DNA of 63,023 bases, filler included, from Reticulomyxa filosa (lineage: Eukaryota > Protista > Foraminifera): NCBI GenBank assembly GCA_000512085.1. It is 19 parts of 19 records of this genome, joined end to end, with 100 filler letters (N's around TTAATTAATTAA, not from the genome) between each part and the next. Parts side by side here need not be neighbours in the genome. Positions count along the whole stretch, not along the records: positions 61,201 to 63,023 come from ASPP01013326.1; 18 more parts are not named here. One strand, given 5' to 3'. Position 1 is the stretch's first letter. Each line of letters starts with the position of its first letter. The notes beneath the pieces were generated by a model. The model was not told the DNA's origin, did not search any database, and saw only the letters and a list, made by a program, of their open reading frames with translations. The position numbers were made by a program, and so were the translations under genes. This document shows, in pieces, positions 61,498 to 63,023 of this stretch.

Positions 61498-62196
61498 GTG
61501 GATAAAGAAGCGCCCGAGTATTTTGCCCTGGGTGCACATCGCTTTATGGTCGCATTTCAAATAATTTATACGTTTGATCTCATTTCTTTGGGATATGATG
61601 TGGTGATGCAAGACGTAGATGTGGTGTGGTTGAAAGATTTACGTAAGTATGAAAATTTTGGTGATCCGGAATATGTTGATGTTGAAATGTCTTTTGATAA
61701 TCGTTTTGATCATGCCGGTCCTGGCAATAGTGGCTTTATCAAAATTAACAGTAATTGCAAGACAAAGATATTTATGGAAACCATGGTGGACCATATCGCG
61801 TTGGTTGTGATCGGTCGCTCAGATCAGATCCAGTGGAATATTTTTTTGAGAGAGTACAAGTTTCGATTATTGCGCTTGAATATTTTGCCTCCTGAAAAAT
61901 TTGTTGGGGGATGGCAATGGTCGGAAATTTTGGAACGAAAACCGCTGACAAGATTGCCGCCACGAGAGCAGATTTGGTTTGTTCATGCGTCGTGGACAGA
62001 TGAACACCTTATGAAAATCCCAAAGCTCAAGCTAATTCGAGCATGGTTTTTCAATAAAAGCTGTAAGTATTTCAATGCAAGCTATTTGCCAAAGCAACCC
62101 ACACAAATTGTTCTGCCGCATCAAATATTCAAGGATCCTGTCGATTACCAGTGGCAATGGAGCCAAAGAGTAAAAGAGTTGCGTGAAAGACCCTAA
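61498..62196 (+). CDS. Nucleotide-diphospho-sugar transferase (GT77-like), last exon
   Basis: GYDVVMQDVDVVWLKD (DxD), NSGFIKI, SDQIQWN and VHASW. Confidence 0.8.
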   Translation: MDKEAPEYFALGAHRFMVAFQIIYTFDLISLGYDVVMQDVDVVWLKDLRKYENFGDPEYVDVEMSFDNRFDHAGPGNSGFIKINSNCKTKIFMETMVDHIALVVIGRSDQIQWNIFLREYKFRLLRLNILPPEKFVGGWQWSEILERKPLTRLPPREQIWFVHASWTDEHLMKIPKLKLIRAWFFNKSCKYFNASYLPKQPTQIVLPHQIFKDPVDYQWQWSQRVKELRERP

Positions 62197-63023
62197 TTAG
62201 TGTGGTTGGTTTAATTGCTCGATATCTTCTTTCCTTTACTTTAAAAATATTTAGTAACATTATTTTTTTTCTCTTTGTTGGATATTGTAGTTTGTTGGTT
62301 TTAATCGTACAATTCCGACTCGTTCAAACGTTTTTTCTGTCTATTAACTCGAAGCCATTGAAACAAATAATCTATCATTGATAAAATTGAAGTCTTCTGA
62401 CAGGCAAAAACAAAACTGTAGTGTAATTCCTTTCACAGAAGTATATGTCCCTGTGAGTACTAACAAGACCTCCCAATGAATGTGATTTTTTTTCCCCCAT
62501 CAAATCTTCAAGAAGTATTGATAACTTTGAAAAAAACAAAGATGATATAACTTTGAAATTGTTTACCAACAAATTTTTTTTACATTGAACAAAACAAACA
62601 AATAATAAAAAAAAAACAACATATGATAAACAAAAGCCGTTGCATTATTTTCTGGACTTGTTTTTTCTCTTGGAGCCAAAAGAATATTCAGTGGATCTAA
62701 TAACAAATCCGCACATTACAATAGCCTTGATTGTGATGACGACTTGTTGAGTGAAAAGGTATTTGGCAGAAGGGGAGAGTCTTTGCCAAGGATCTTCCTT
62801 ACAATGAAAGCAATGATATAAAGCATATTACCAGCCTCCAATTTGACCTTCCTCGAGCCAAATTTCATGAAGGAGCTTTGCGCAAGAGGGAATAAGTGCG
62901 ATGACCATTCTCGGGATGGCAAATCGTTCCAATCTGGAGTCGAGCCAATGCATTCCCTCTGCGGAGAACATTTCCGGTGTGCGTTTGTCCTCTTTGTTAC
63001 CACCACCCGCAGTTGTGAATCCA

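Noticed and set aside
62716-63023. Possible JmjC/cupin motif (KVKLEAGNMLYI)
   Set aside because: The match probably runs into an intron (G|GTAATA), and no metal-binding His follows. Product left unassigned.

Overview
This window is not contiguous DNA. It is 19 separate contigs joined by an artificial 100-nt spacer (N44-TTAATTAATTAA-N44, stops in all six frames), so gene adjacency across spacers means nothing. Eighteen contigs are AT-rich, intron-containing protist nuclear DNA. The WD40, TPR and ART-like gene families, poly-Asn tracts and many pseudogenes resemble the foraminiferan Reticulomyxa filosa (inference from recalled family signatures, not from a search). Recognisable eukaryotic genes include Piezo, a cullin, an S28 peptidase, Sin3, SAS-6, CFAP73/CCDC42, MPP6, NDOR1, TEX10/Ipi1, SERF, a RimK-like ligase, an M20 hydrolase, a PAQR, a GT77-like transferase and a decayed non-LTR retrotransposon. 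One contig (17280-21412) is bacterial and alphaproteobacterial/Rickettsiales-like. It carries a gene-transfer-agent (GTA)-like HK97 head module (portal, prohead protease, major capsid) broken up by an EVE gene, a secreted protein, a membrane protein and tRNA-Val(GAC). The module is decaying, and its portal is interrupted by a short palindromic element that also occurs next to the protease. The other standout is an intronless 1257-aa surface receptor in which LVIVD repeat blocks are nested twice inside cadherin-like (CADG/He_PIG) domains. Single-base indels in conserved genes point to sequencing errors, so frameshifts alone do not prove pseudogenes.
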